Assembly (NCBI RefSeq): GCF_000012905.2
Contig: NC_007494.2
Location: forward strand, 690,001 to 722,000
From: Cereibacter sphaeroides 2.4.1
GTDB lineage: Bacteria; Pseudomonadota; Alphaproteobacteria; Rhodobacterales; Rhodobacteraceae
Length of the DNA: 32,000 bases
Direction of reading: 5' to 3'
This document shows positions 9,063 to 16,551 of the stretch, one piece after another. The notes under the pieces are model-generated. The model made no database searches, was not told where the DNA came from, and saw only the letters and a list, made by a program, of their open reading frames with translations. How positions within the stretch are numbered: the first letter of the stretch is position 1; each line of letters starts with the position of its first letter. Position numbers and translations under genes: made by a program.

Positions 9063-10115
9063 ATGGCCTATCGTGCAACCGACCTTTCGCAGCTCATCGA
9101 GCACGGGTTCGACGATGTGATCGACGTGCGCTCGCCTGCCGAATGGCAGGAGGACCGCGTGCCCGGAGCGATCAACCTGCCCGTCCTCGACAATGAGGAG
9201 CGCGCCCGGGTCGGAACGATCTACAAGCAGGTCAACCCCTTCTCGGCCCGCAAGATCGGCGCGGCGCTGGTGGCCCGCAATGCCGCGCGTCACATCGAGG
9301 AGGTTCTGGCCGACCGTCCGGGCGGCTGGCGCCCGCTCGTCTACTGCTGGCGCGGCGGGCAGAGGTCGAACTCCTTCGCCATGATCCTCGGCCAGATCGG
9401 CTGGCGGGTCGAGGTGCTGGAAGGCGGCTACAAGAGCTGGCGCGGCCTCGTGGTGCAGGAGCTCTACGACCGGCCGGTCCGGGCGCCCGTGGTGGTGATC
9501 GACGGAAACACCGGGGCCGCGAAGACCGAGATCCTGACGCATCTGGCCGCCTTCGGCGTGCAGGTCCTCGATCTCGAGGGGCTCGCCAATCACCGCGGCT
9601 CGCTCTTCGGCGCCTTGGCGGGCGGTCAGCCCGCGCAGCGCGGCTTCGAAAGCCGCCTCGCCGTGGCGCTGGCCCGGCTCGATCCGACGCAGCCGGTGGT
9701 GGTCGAGGCGGAATCGAGCAAGATCGGCGAGATCCGGCTGCCGCCGGGCCTCTGGAAGGCGATGCAGGCCGCGCCGCGGATCGAGGTCGCCGCCCCCGTC
9801 GCGGCCCGCGCGGCCTATCTCGTGCGCGCCTATCGCGATCTGGTCGAGGACGGCCCGCGGCTCGCCGCCGTCATCGACCTTCTGCGCCCCGTCCATCCGG
9901 CAAAACGCATCGAGGAATGGCACGCGCACGCCGCCGCGGGCCGGTTCGAGGAGCTCGCGGCCGATCTGATGCAGCGGCATTACGATCCGCGCTACGCCAA
10001 GCACCGCGCCCGCTCGGCCCCGCCGCGCGCGGCGGTCGAGACCGACCGGCTGGACGATCTGCCGGCCCTTGCGGCCCGGATCGCCGCGCAGGTCGCGCGG
10101 CTGGCGGAGGGCTGA
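9063..10115 (+). CDS. selU: tRNA 2-selenouridine(34) synthase
   Basis: The 350-aa ORF has an N-terminal rhodanese domain with the active-site loop VYCWRGGQRS. It also has a P-loop-like GNTGAAKTE and the family length and architecture. Confidence 0.88.
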   Translation: MAYRATDLSQLIEHGFDDVIDVRSPAEWQEDRVPGAINLPVLDNEERARVGTIYKQVNPFSARKIGAALVARNAARHIEEVLADRPGGWRPLVYCWRGGQRSNSFAMILGQIGWRVEVLEGGYKSWRGLVVQELYDRPVRAPVVVIDGNTGAAKTEILTHLAAFGVQVLDLEGLANHRGSLFGALAGGQPAQRGFESRLAVALARLDPTQPVVVEAESSKIGEIRLPPGLWKAMQAAPRIEVAAPVAARAAYLVRAYRDLVEDGPRLAAVIDLLRPVHPAKRIEEWHAHAAAGRFEELAADLMQRHYDPRYAKHRARSAPPRAAVETDRLDDLPALAARIAAQVARLAEG

Positions 10116-11216
10116 ATGGAGCGCGGCGCGCGCGATCTGGTGCTGATCGGCGGCGGGCACGCCCATGCGCTGGTGCTGCTCGGCTGGAAGCCGGTGCCAG
10201 ACCTGCGCGTCACCCTCGTCAATCCCAAGCCCGCCGCGCCCTACACCGGGATGCTGCCCGGCCATGTCGCGGGACACTACCGCCGGTCGGACATGATGAT
10301 CGACCTCGTGGATCTGGCCCGGCGCGCGGGCGCCCGGCTCGTGCTCGACTGCGCCACAGGCATCGACCGGCAGGCGAAGCGCGTGCTGCTCGCGGGGGGC
10401 GACAGCCTGCCCTACGATGTGGCCTCTCTCGACGTGGGCATCGCCTCGGACCTGCCGCAGGTGCCGGGGGCCGCGGATCATGCGGTGGCGGCAAAGCCCC
10501 TCGGGCCCTATGCCGACCGGTGGGACGCGTTCGTGGCGCAGGCGCCGGCCGAGCCGCAGATCGTGGTGATCGGCGGCGGCACCGGAGGGATCGAGCTGGC
10601 CATGGCGCAGGCCTTCCGGCTGCAGAGCGCGGGCGCCCGGCCCCGCGTGACCGTCGTCGAGCGCGCGGCGCAGGTGCTGCCGGGCCTCGGCGCAGGCGCG
10701 CGGCAGGCGCTCCTCACCCGCATGGCGGGCTTCGGCATCCGGATCCTGACCCGCACCGAGGTGGCGCGGATCGCGCCCGATGCGGTGATCCTCGGCTGCG
10801 GCACGCGCCTGCCCTCGGACTTCACCCTGACCGTGACGGGCGCGCAGCAGCAGGCATGGCTGACCGGCACCGGCCTCGCGCTCGAGCGCGGCTTCGTCCG
10901 GGTGGGGCCGACGCTGCAAAGCTCGGATCCCGCGATCTTCGCGGTGGGCGACTGCGCCCATCTCTCCCATGCGCCCCGGCCCAAGGCGGGCGTCTTCGCG
11001 GTGCGCGAGGCGCCGATCCTCGGCCACAATCTCGGCGCCGCCGTTCTGTGCGGGCCCCTGCGGCGCTACCGGCCGCAGCGCGATTACCTGAAGCTCATCT
11101 CCTGCGGCGCCCGCGTGGCCGTGGCCGACAAGTTCGGCCTGCGGCTCGAAGGCGCCTGGCTCTGGCTCTGGAAGGACCGGATCGACCGCCGCTTCATGCA
11201 GCGGTTCCGGGACTGA
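10116..11216 (+). CDS. FAD-dependent pyridine nucleotide-disulfide oxidoreductase of the type found fused N-terminally to SelD
   Basis: The 366-aa ORF has two Rossmann dinucleotide motifs, LVLIGGGHAH and IVVIGGGTGGIE, plus FAVGDCA near the C-terminus. Its ATG directly abuts the selU TGA (TGAATG). There is no AIR-synthase/SelD kinase domain: the ORF stops at 11216. Confidence 0.8.
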   Translation: MERGARDLVLIGGGHAHALVLLGWKPVPDLRVTLVNPKPAAPYTGMLPGHVAGHYRRSDMMIDLVDLARRAGARLVLDCATGIDRQAKRVLLAGGDSLPYDVASLDVGIASDLPQVPGAADHAVAAKPLGPYADRWDAFVAQAPAEPQIVVIGGGTGGIELAMAQAFRLQSAGARPRVTVVERAAQVLPGLGAGARQALLTRMAGFGIRILTRTEVARIAPDAVILGCGTRLPSDFTLTVTGAQQQAWLTGTGLALERGFVRVGPTLQSSDPAIFAVGDCAHLSHAPRPKAGVFAVREAPILGHNLGAAVLCGPLRRYRPQRDYLKLISCGARVAVADKFGLRLEGAWLWLWKDRIDRRFMQRFRD

Positions 11217-11303
11217 TCCCGCCGGGCGGCGTGGCGCATCCAAGCGCCGGGGCTCCCGCCCCGGTTGCGCCATGGGCGCGCGGGCACTAGGCTCGACGGA
11301 ACC

Positions 11304-12602
11304 ATGAAGTCCCGCCAGCGCATCAGTATCGCCCAGACCCAGAGGCTGCAGCTCAATCTCGGCCTCACCGCCTCGATCCGCGTCCTGAATTCCGATGCCG
11401 AGGGCCTCACGCGCTACCTGCAGGAGCAGGCGGCGGAGAACCCCCATATCCAGCTCGAACCGGCAACCTCGACCGACTGGCTGCCGCGCTGGACGAGCGT
11501 TCTGTCGCGCCTCGCGCAGGGCGAGGGGTCGGCGGGCGGAGAGACGGTGGCGGCGGCGGGGCCGAGCCTCATGGCGCATGTGATGGCGCGCATCGACACG
11601 CTTTATCCGCGCGGGCCCGAGCGGCGGATCGCCATCCTTCTGGCCGAAGCGCTGGAGCCCACCGGCTGGCTCGGGACGGGACCGGACGAGATCGCCCGGC
11701 AGGCCCGCGTCCCCTCCGCCGAGGTCGAGGCCGTGCTGGCCGGGCTGCAGAAGATCGAGCCCGCCGGCCTCTTCGCCCGAACCCTCGCCGAGTGCCTGCG
11801 GCTTCAGGCCATCGAGGCCGAGCGGCTCGATTCCACCCTGAGCTGCCTTCTCGACCATCTCGACCTGGTGGCAGAGGGGGCCCTCGGGCGGCTCGCGCGG
11901 CTCTGCAACACGGACGAGGCCGGGGTGACCGCGCGCCTGCGGCTCCTGCGGACCTTCGACCCGAAGCCCGGCGCGCAGTTCGATCCGGGCGCGGCGCCGG
12001 TGCGCGAGCCCGACCTGATCGCGACGAAGGGCGAGGCCGGGTGGGAGGTGTCGCTGAACCGCTCGGCCATGCCCACGGTGCAGATCCGCAAGCCGGACAA
12101 GCGCCCGACGACGCCGGCCGCCCGCGCGGCCTGGACCCAGGCGCAGGCGGTGGGCCGGATGATCGAGAACCGCAATGCCACGCTGCTGAGGGTCGCGCGC
12201 GAGATCCTCGCCCGGCAGGAGGCGGCGCTCGACGAAGGTCCCTCGGCGCTCGTGGCCCTGACCATGACCGAGGTGGCCGAGGCGCTCGGCATCCACGAGA
12301 GCACGGTGAGCCGCGTGGTCGCGGGCACCTGCGTGGACACGCCGCGCGGCACCTGGTGGCTGCGGCGCATGTTCAGCGGCCGCCTTGCCGAGGGCGGTCC
12401 CTCGGCCGCGGCCATCCGCGCCGCCATCGCCCGCCTCGTCGCGCAGGAAGATCCGGCCGCGCCTTTGTCCGACGGCGCTCTGGTCGAGGCGCTGGCGGCC
12501 GAGGACATGCAGCTGGCGCGCCGCACCGTCGCCAAATATCGCGAGATGCTGAACATCCCCCCCGGACACCGCCGCCGCCGCAGGCCCTCGCGCTCGGCCT
12601 GA
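11304..12602 (+). CDS. rpoN: RNA polymerase sigma-54 factor (copy outside the usual rpoN context)
   Basis: Region I is Gln/Leu-rich (ISIAQTQRLQLNLGLTASIRVL). The HTH reads LTMTEVAEALGIHESTVSRVV and the RpoN box ARRTVAKYRE is intact. The start is set at MKSRQRISI (ATG 11304), giving 432 aa. Confidence 0.9.
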   Translation: MKSRQRISIAQTQRLQLNLGLTASIRVLNSDAEGLTRYLQEQAAENPHIQLEPATSTDWLPRWTSVLSRLAQGEGSAGGETVAAAGPSLMAHVMARIDTLYPRGPERRIAILLAEALEPTGWLGTGPDEIARQARVPSAEVEAVLAGLQKIEPAGLFARTLAECLRLQAIEAERLDSTLSCLLDHLDLVAEGALGRLARLCNTDEAGVTARLRLLRTFDPKPGAQFDPGAAPVREPDLIATKGEAGWEVSLNRSAMPTVQIRKPDKRPTTPAARAAWTQAQAVGRMIENRNATLLRVAREILARQEAALDEGPSALVALTMTEVAEALGIHESTVSRVVAGTCVDTPRGTWWLRRMFSGRLAEGGPSAAAIRAAIARLVAQEDPAAPLSDGALVEALAAEDMQLARRTVAKYREMLNIPPGHRRRRRPSRSA

Positions 12603-12701
12603 TCCGCCAGCACGACGCCGGCGGCCTGTCCCGCGTCGCATGGGGCCTTTCGGACCGCGCGCGATCGGCTAGAACCGGGACAGTTTGTCGCGGAGACTGC
12701 C

Positions 12702-14729
12702 ATGACGCTTCTTCTCGGGGTCGATACCGGAGGCACCTACACCGATGCGGTGATCGTCGATCCCGAGGCGGAGCGCGTGGTGGGCTGGGCCAAGTCCCTG
12801 ACCACGCGCGCGGATCTTGCACTCGGGATCGGCCGGGCCATCGATGCGGCCCTGGCCGAAGCGCAGGTCGCGCCGGAGGACGTGGGGCTCGTCTCGCTCT
12901 CGACCACGCTTGCCACCAACGCGCTGGTCGAGGGCCAGGGAGGGCGCGTCGCGCTGATCTTCATAGGCTTCGGTCCGGGCGATCTGGAGCGGGCGGGCCT
13001 GCCCGAGGCGCTGGCGGGCGATCCGGTGATCTCTCTGCCCGGCGGGCATCATCATTCGGGCGCCGAGGCAGCGCCCCTCGACCTCGCCCGGCTCGAGGCC
13101 GAAGTGGCGGCCGTCGCGCCGCAGGTCGCGGCCTTCGCCGTGGCCGCGAGCTTCGCCACCCGCAACCCCGCCCACGAGCTTGCCGCCCGGGCCGTCGTCC
13201 ACCGCGTCGCAGGCTGCCCCGTCACCTGCTCGCACGAACTCTCGGCGCGTCTCGGCGGCCCGAAGCGCGCGGTAACCGCCGTGCTCAACGCACGGCTGAT
13301 CGGCATGATCGGCCGTCTCATCGCCGCCTGCGAGCAGCATCTGACAGAGCGCCGGATGACGGCGCCCCTGATGGTGGTGCGGGGCGACGGGGCGCTGATT
13401 TCGGCCCGTCTGGCGCGCGAGCGCCCGATCGAGACCATCCTCTCCGGCCCTGCCGCGAGCCTCGTCGGCGCCCGGTGGCTGACCGGCGTGCGGGATGCGC
13501 TCGTCTCCGACATCGGCGGCACCACGACCGACGTGGCGGTGCTGCGCGACGGCCAGCCCGAGATCGACCCCGAGGGCGCGCTCGTCGGCGGCTTCCGCAC
13601 CATGGTCGAGGCCGTCGCGATGCGCACGACCGGCCTCGGCGGCGACAGCGAGGTGCATCCGCCCGAAGGGCTCGAGGGGCTCTTCCGCCTCGGGCCGCGC
13701 CGGCTGATCCCGGTGTCGCTGCTGGCGGCCGATCATCCCGGGCCGGTCCATGCCGCACTCGACCGCGCCCTCCTTTCCGATGCGCCGGGCGAGCACGAGG
13801 GCCGCTTCCTGCTGCCGACGGGCCTGCCCGCCGCGGGCCTCACCGGACGCGAGGCGCAGTTGATGGAGCGTCTGCGCCCGGCCATGCCGCTCGCCGAGGC
13901 ACTGCGCAGCCGGATGGATCTCGCGGCGCTCGAGCGGCTGATCGCGCGCGGGTTGGTGATAGTGGCGGGCGTGACGCCATCTGACGCGAACCATGTGCTG
14001 GGAAGGCTGGCCAGCTGGGATGCCGCGGCGGCCGAGAAGGCCCTCACCCTCATGGCGCGCCGCCGCACGGCACGGGGCGAGCGTCTGGCGCCCGATGCCC
14101 GCACGCTGGCCGAAGCGATCCTCGACCGGCTAACCGAGCGGACGGCCGAGTGCCTCCTCGAGGTGGCTCTGGCCGAGGACGGCTATGCCGATCCCGCCCT
14201 CCTCGTGAACCATCCGCTCCTCCGCGCGGGCCTCGCCCGTCGGCCCGGGGCGCTCGCGCTCTCGGCCCGCCTCGCCCTGCCGGTGGTGGGCCTCGGCGCC
14301 TCGGCCCGCTCCTTCTACGCCGGGGTGGGCGAACGGCTCGGCTGCACCACGATCCTGCCCGAACAGGGCGGGGTCGCCAATGCGATCGGCGCCGTGGCGG
14401 GCCTCGTCTCGCAGCGGCTGAGCCTGCAGGTCACGAGCCCCGGCGAAGGCCGCTACATCGTCCATTTCCCCGACGGCCCCGAGAGCCTGCCCGACCCGGA
14501 AGCCGCGCTCGCCGCCGCCGAGGCGCATCTTGCCACCCGGGTGGCGCGCCTTGCGGCCGAGGCCGGCGCGGCGGATCCCCGCGTCGCCCTCACCCGCGCC
14601 GTCCGCGAGGCGACGGTGGAGGGCCGGCCCCTCTTCGTCGAGGCCACCGTGACTGCAACCGCCACCGGCCGCCCCCGGATCGCCCGCGACCCGGTTTTTG
14701 CGCTTGACGCTTCCCGGCACATCCCATAG
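12702..14729 (+). CDS. hydantoinase/oxoprolinase (HyuA-type) family protein
   Basis: The 675-aa ORF has the N-terminal ASKHA-type motif LLGVDTGGTYTDAV and a later DIGGTTTDV. A GGAGA SD lies 5 nt upstream of the ATG. No HyuB-type partner is adjacent. Confidence 0.8.
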   Translation: MTLLLGVDTGGTYTDAVIVDPEAERVVGWAKSLTTRADLALGIGRAIDAALAEAQVAPEDVGLVSLSTTLATNALVEGQGGRVALIFIGFGPGDLERAGLPEALAGDPVISLPGGHHHSGAEAAPLDLARLEAEVAAVAPQVAAFAVAASFATRNPAHELAARAVVHRVAGCPVTCSHELSARLGGPKRAVTAVLNARLIGMIGRLIAACEQHLTERRMTAPLMVVRGDGALISARLARERPIETILSGPAASLVGARWLTGVRDALVSDIGGTTTDVAVLRDGQPEIDPEGALVGGFRTMVEAVAMRTTGLGGDSEVHPPEGLEGLFRLGPRRLIPVSLLAADHPGPVHAALDRALLSDAPGEHEGRFLLPTGLPAAGLTGREAQLMERLRPAMPLAEALRSRMDLAALERLIARGLVIVAGVTPSDANHVLGRLASWDAAAAEKALTLMARRRTARGERLAPDARTLAEAILDRLTERTAECLLEVALAEDGYADPALLVNHPLLRAGLARRPGALALSARLALPVVGLGASARSFYAGVGERLGCTTILPEQGGVANAIGAVAGLVSQRLSLQVTSPGEGRYIVHFPDGPESLPDPEAALAAAEAHLATRVARLAAEAGAADPRVALTRAVREATVEGRPLFVEATVTATATGRPRIARDPVFALDASRHIP

Positions 14730-14744
14730 TGCAGCGTCCACCGA

Positions 14745-14821
14745 CGGCGAGGTAGCTCAGCTGGTTAGAGCACACGACTCATAATCGTGGGGTCGGGGGT
14801 TCAAGTCCCCCCCTCGCCACC
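14745..14821 (+). tRNA. tRNA-Met (anticodon CAT); tRNA-Ile2(CAU, lysidine) not formally excluded
   Basis: A cloverleaf folds by hand. Acceptor GGCGAGG pairs with CCTCGCC, the D arm is GCTC/GAGC and the anticodon stem is CACGA/TCGTG with loop CTCATAA. The variable loop is GGGTC, the T arm is GGGGG-TTCAAGT-CCCCC, the discriminator is A and CCA is encoded. The G1-C72 pair argues against an initiator tRNA. Confidence 0.9.
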
Positions 14822-16398
14822 ATCGGACCCCCCACAATCTGTTGGCCGATCCCGAGCAGCCGCTCCATGTTGCCACGGACCTCGACCAGGACGTCGCCGG
14901 CCTCATCCTTGGGATGGACGGTGATCTCGGTGATGATCCGGCGCAGGGCCTCGACCGAGGTCGCGTCGAACGTGCCGTCGCCCCGCTGCAGCGCGGCCGA
15001 AAGATCGGCGATGGCGCGGGTATAGGCGGCCGTCGCCTGCGGGTGCAGCTCCACCACATTATCCTCGCTCGATGCGATCTCGAGCTCGCTCCGCGCGATC
15101 TCTGCGGCCTGCTTGGCCTGCAGCACCTGGGCGTCGGCTTCCTCGCCCTCGATCAGTCCGCGCGCCATCATGTCCACCAGCCGCATGTAGCGGGCCCGGC
15201 TGTCCGCCGCGGCCCGTTCCAGCCGTGCCCGGTCGCGGCGCGCCGTCTCCGTCAGGCGCCGGCGCTCCTCGGCATACACCCGGACGAACTCCTTCAGATA
15301 GTCCGGGCGGTCGAGTTGCGCCCGAAGGCGAAGGAAGATCGCCTCCTCGATCTTCTCGAGCCGATAGCGCGCCTTGTTCTCGCAGCTTCCGCTCTCGTTC
15401 GCCGTGCTGCACCGGATCCGGATGGCCTCGCCGCAACGGTCGTGGATGCTCATGCCGCCTCCGCAGCAGGCGCAGCGGATCAGGCCTGAGAAAGGCCGGG
15501 GCGGTGCCTTGGTGATCTTGCCCGTCCGCACCGCCTCCGCCTGCTGCGCGTGGCGCCGGACAGCGGCCTCGAAGAGCGGCCGGGGCACGATGCGCAGATG
15601 CTCGGCCTCGACCTCCTGCCGGGCATCCAGCGGATTCTCGCGGTTCACGCGCCGCCCGGTGTCCGGATCCCGCACCATGGTGACGCGGTTCCAGACCAAA
15701 CGGCCGTCATACATCGGGTTGCGCAGGATGCCGTAGCCACGCTGCGGGTTGCCGTTCAGCGTCGAGGCATTCCACTTCGGCCCGCGCGGGGCGGCGATCC
15801 CCCGCGCGTTCAGCTCGCCCGCAATGGTCCGCGGGCTCTTCCCCTCCACATAGGCCGCGAAGATCTCCCGGATGATCTCGGCCTCGTGCGCCACGATCTC
15901 GCGCTTTCCCGGCTCGCCCGGGACGCCGCGATAGCCGTAGGTCTGCCCGCCGGCGTGGCGACCGTCGCGGATCACGCCGGCGAGACCCCGGCGCGTCTTG
16001 GCTTTCAGCGCCTCGAGGAACATCGTCCCCATGAGCCCCCGCAGGCCCACCGACACCGAATCCGCCACGCCCTCATGCACTGTCAGGATGTCGATCCGGG
16101 CGAAGCTCAGCCGCTTGTGGATGTGCGCCAGATCCTCCTGATCGCGGCTCAGCCGGTCGAGCGCCTCCACGATCACGACGTCGAACTGGCGGGCCCGCGC
16201 CTGCTCCATCATGCGCGCGAGCCCGTCGCGACCGAAGATGCTCGCCGAGGTCTTCGCACGGTCGTCATAGGTCGCGACGACGGTCAGCCCGCTCCGCGCG
16301 GCATGCTCGCGGCAGAGCGCCACCTGATCGTCAATCGATCGTCCGTCCTGGAGCTCCGTCGAGTAGCGGGCGTAGATTGCGGCGCGCCTGCCGTGCAT
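14779..16398 (-). CDS. large serine recombinase / integrase
   Basis: The 539-aa ORF has an N-terminal resolvase domain (AAIYARYSTELQ with the catalytic Ser, plus EALDRLSRD). It also has a recombinase domain, a Cys-rich zinc-ribbon segment (CACCGGGMSIHDRCGEAIRIRCSTANESGSC) and a coiled-coil C-terminus. A GGAGAG SD precedes the ATG at 16398. The last 14 codons (..GGLEPPTPRL) are antisense to the tRNA T-arm and acceptor. Confidence 0.92.
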   Translation of the reverse strand: MHGRRAAIYARYSTELQDGRSIDDQVALCREHAARSGLTVVATYDDRAKTSASIFGRDGLARMMEQARARQFDVVIVEALDRLSRDQEDLAHIHKRLSFARIDILTVHEGVADSVSVGLRGLMGTMFLEALKAKTRRGLAGVIRDGRHAGGQTYGYRGVPGEPGKREIVAHEAEIIREIFAAYVEGKSPRTIAGELNARGIAAPRGPKWNASTLNGNPQRGYGILRNPMYDGRLVWNRVTMVRDPDTGRRVNRENPLDARQEVEAEHLRIVPRPLFEAAVRRHAQQAEAVRTGKITKAPPRPFSGLIRCACCGGGMSIHDRCGEAIRIRCSTANESGSCENKARYRLEKIEEAIFLRLRAQLDRPDYLKEFVRVYAEERRRLTETARRDRARLERAAADSRARYMRLVDMMARGLIEGEEADAQVLQAKQAAEIARSELEIASSEDNVVELHPQATAAYTRAIADLSAALQRGDGTFDATSVEALRRIITEITVHPKDEAGDVLVEVRGNMERLLGIGQQIVGGPMVARGGLEPPTPRL

Positions 16399-16551
16399 CC
16401 TGATTCTCTCTCCTGTCCCTCTGCATGATGCCGCGCGGCGTAGCTGCGGGCCAAGGTGCGCACGAAATCGAGCACCGGATCCTCGTGGCGAAACGGGGCG
16501 CTCATCGGCCCGCCCTCGCCCGCCGCATGGCTGCGGCCTTGTCTGGACCGC

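Noticed and set aside
9051-12641. 1196-aa minus-strand ORF opposite selU, the oxidoreductase and rpoN
   Set aside because: It is antisense to three genes with unmistakable signatures (rhodanese loop, Rossmann motifs, RpoN box) and its composition is shadow-like. The same reasoning applies to 11792-13984 (plus), 12669-13994 (minus) and 9917-11290 (plus).
12675-12692. Sigma-54-like GG-N10-GC element (GGGACAGTTTGTCGC) just upstream of the hydantoinase gene, next to rpoN
   Set aside because: The match to TGGCAC-N5-TTGC is poor. Its -12 element sits about 10 nt before the ATG, so the GGAGA Shine-Dalgarno would lie upstream of the transcription start, which is geometrically implausible.
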